DNA from: a virus | Lineage: Duplodnaviria > Caudoviricetes | DNA: 64,000 nt | Direction: 5' to 3' (one strand) | Virus record (IMG/VR): IMGVR_UViG_2667527450_000001 | Span: 1 to 64,000 of that record | Shown: positions 63,233 to 64,000 of the stretch, piece by piece | Position numbering within the stretch: the stretch's first letter is position 1 | Layout: each line of letters begins with the position of its first letter | Translations under genes and position numbers: made by a program | Notes under the pieces: model-generated | Seen by the model: only the letters and a program-made list of their open reading frames with translations | Database searches by the model: none | What the model was told of the DNA's origin: nothing

Positions 63233-64000
63233 ATGGGCATCTACGGTCAGGACTGGTCGTCGTACCAGCCATCGACGCCGGACACGTCGGGCCTCGCTTT
63301 CGCTTTCGTCAAGGTCACCGAGGGGCTCAACTACGTGAACCCGCGCTGGGTGGCGCAGCGCGACCACGCCAAGGCGGCAGGGCTGGTGTGGGGCGCTTAC
63401 CACTACCCGCACATGGGCAACTCGGTGCAGGCCGAGGCCGACTACTTCCTCAGCCAGGTCAGCTGGAAGCCGGGCGACCTCGTGGTCCTCGACTGGGAGG
63501 GCTACGACGCGGCCAACGCCGGTGTGTCCCGCGGCACGCAGGCCGCGTACAAGGACGCGTGGCTGAAGTACGTGAAGAGCAAGCTGCCGAACAACCGGGT
63601 CGGCATGTACTGCAACACCGACTACTGGCGGAACGTCGACACGACCTCGTACTACGGGGACTTCCTGTGGATCGCCACCGCCGGGCGGGCCGCCGGGGAT
63701 CCCGGGATCCAAGCCGACTGGCTGTTCCACCAGTACTCCGACAGCGGCGTCGACCGCGACTACTGCCATCTCTCTTCGCTCGCGGACCTCAAGGCGTGGG
63801 CGCTAATCCAGGAGGCTGACATGCCCCTCACGCAAGCTGACATCGCCGCGGTCGCGAGCGCGGTGTGGAACTACAACGAGCCCGGCCCTGACCCCAAGAA
63901 GCCCGTCCGGGTCGGCGCCGTCATGGGCTGGATGGACACCGTCCACAGCAACCAGAACGCGGCACTCGCCAAGGCCGTCGCCGAGGGCGCCGCAGCGCAG
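63233..64000 (+). CDS. GH25 lysozyme endolysin (truncated by window)
   Basis: Manual translation GIYGQDWSSYQ...FVKVTEG...GAYHY...LDWE...HQYS...VDRD. Confidence 0.9.
   Translation, partial: MGIYGQDWSSYQPSTPDTSGLAFAFVKVTEGLNYVNPRWVAQRDHAKAAGLVWGAYHYPHMGNSVQAEADYFLSQVSWKPGDLVVLDWEGYDAANAGVSRGTQAAYKDAWLKYVKSKLPNNRVGMYCNTDYWRNVDTTSYYGDFLWIATAGRAAGDPGIQADWLFHQYSDSGVDRDYCHLSSLADLKAWALIQEADMPLTQADIAAVASAVWNYNEPGPDPKKPVRVGAVMGWMDTVHSNQNAALAKAVAEGAAAQ

Larger units (their letters stand above)
1255..64000. mobile_element. Integrated temperate siphovirus-like prophage (continues past window end)
   Basis: Integrase, immunity switch, replication, terminase, portal, capsid, tail tube, tape measure and endolysin in canonical order; exact left boundary uncertain. 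Confidence 0.95.

Overview
High-GC actinobacterial DNA, very likely Streptomyces. Bases 1-1254 are host genes from the purine/allantoin catabolism neighbourhood: partial hyi, a small ferredoxin-fold protein and an HTH regulator. From about 1255 to the end of the window lies the left ~63 kb of an integrated, apparently intact siphovirus-like prophage. In order it has: tyrosine integrase and attL arm repeats; an XRE/Cro switch with repeated operators; early genes (DUF5131, exonuclease plus gp3-like protein, WhiB, a tRNA-Leu(UAA), a sigma-like protein, replication initiator, DnaB); an RHH-controlled accessory cassette; a ~14 kb pSAM2/AICE-like conjugation module; a putative late-control switch; then terminase, portal, head, tail and a GH25 endolysin cut by the window edge. 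The conjugation module has a KorSA-like GntR, a pif/NUDIX remnant, Xis-like, Spd-like and TraB/FtsK genes and a clt-like repeat locus, but no integrase or Rep of its own. Best leads: (i) a possibly conjugative prophage, (ii) a phage-borne bldA-type tRNA between WhiB and a sigma-like gene, (iii) a GIY-YIG nuclease fused to a TraB-like DNA-recognition domain next to the clt-like locus. Family and DUF names come from motif recognition and memory, not database searches; attR is outside the window.
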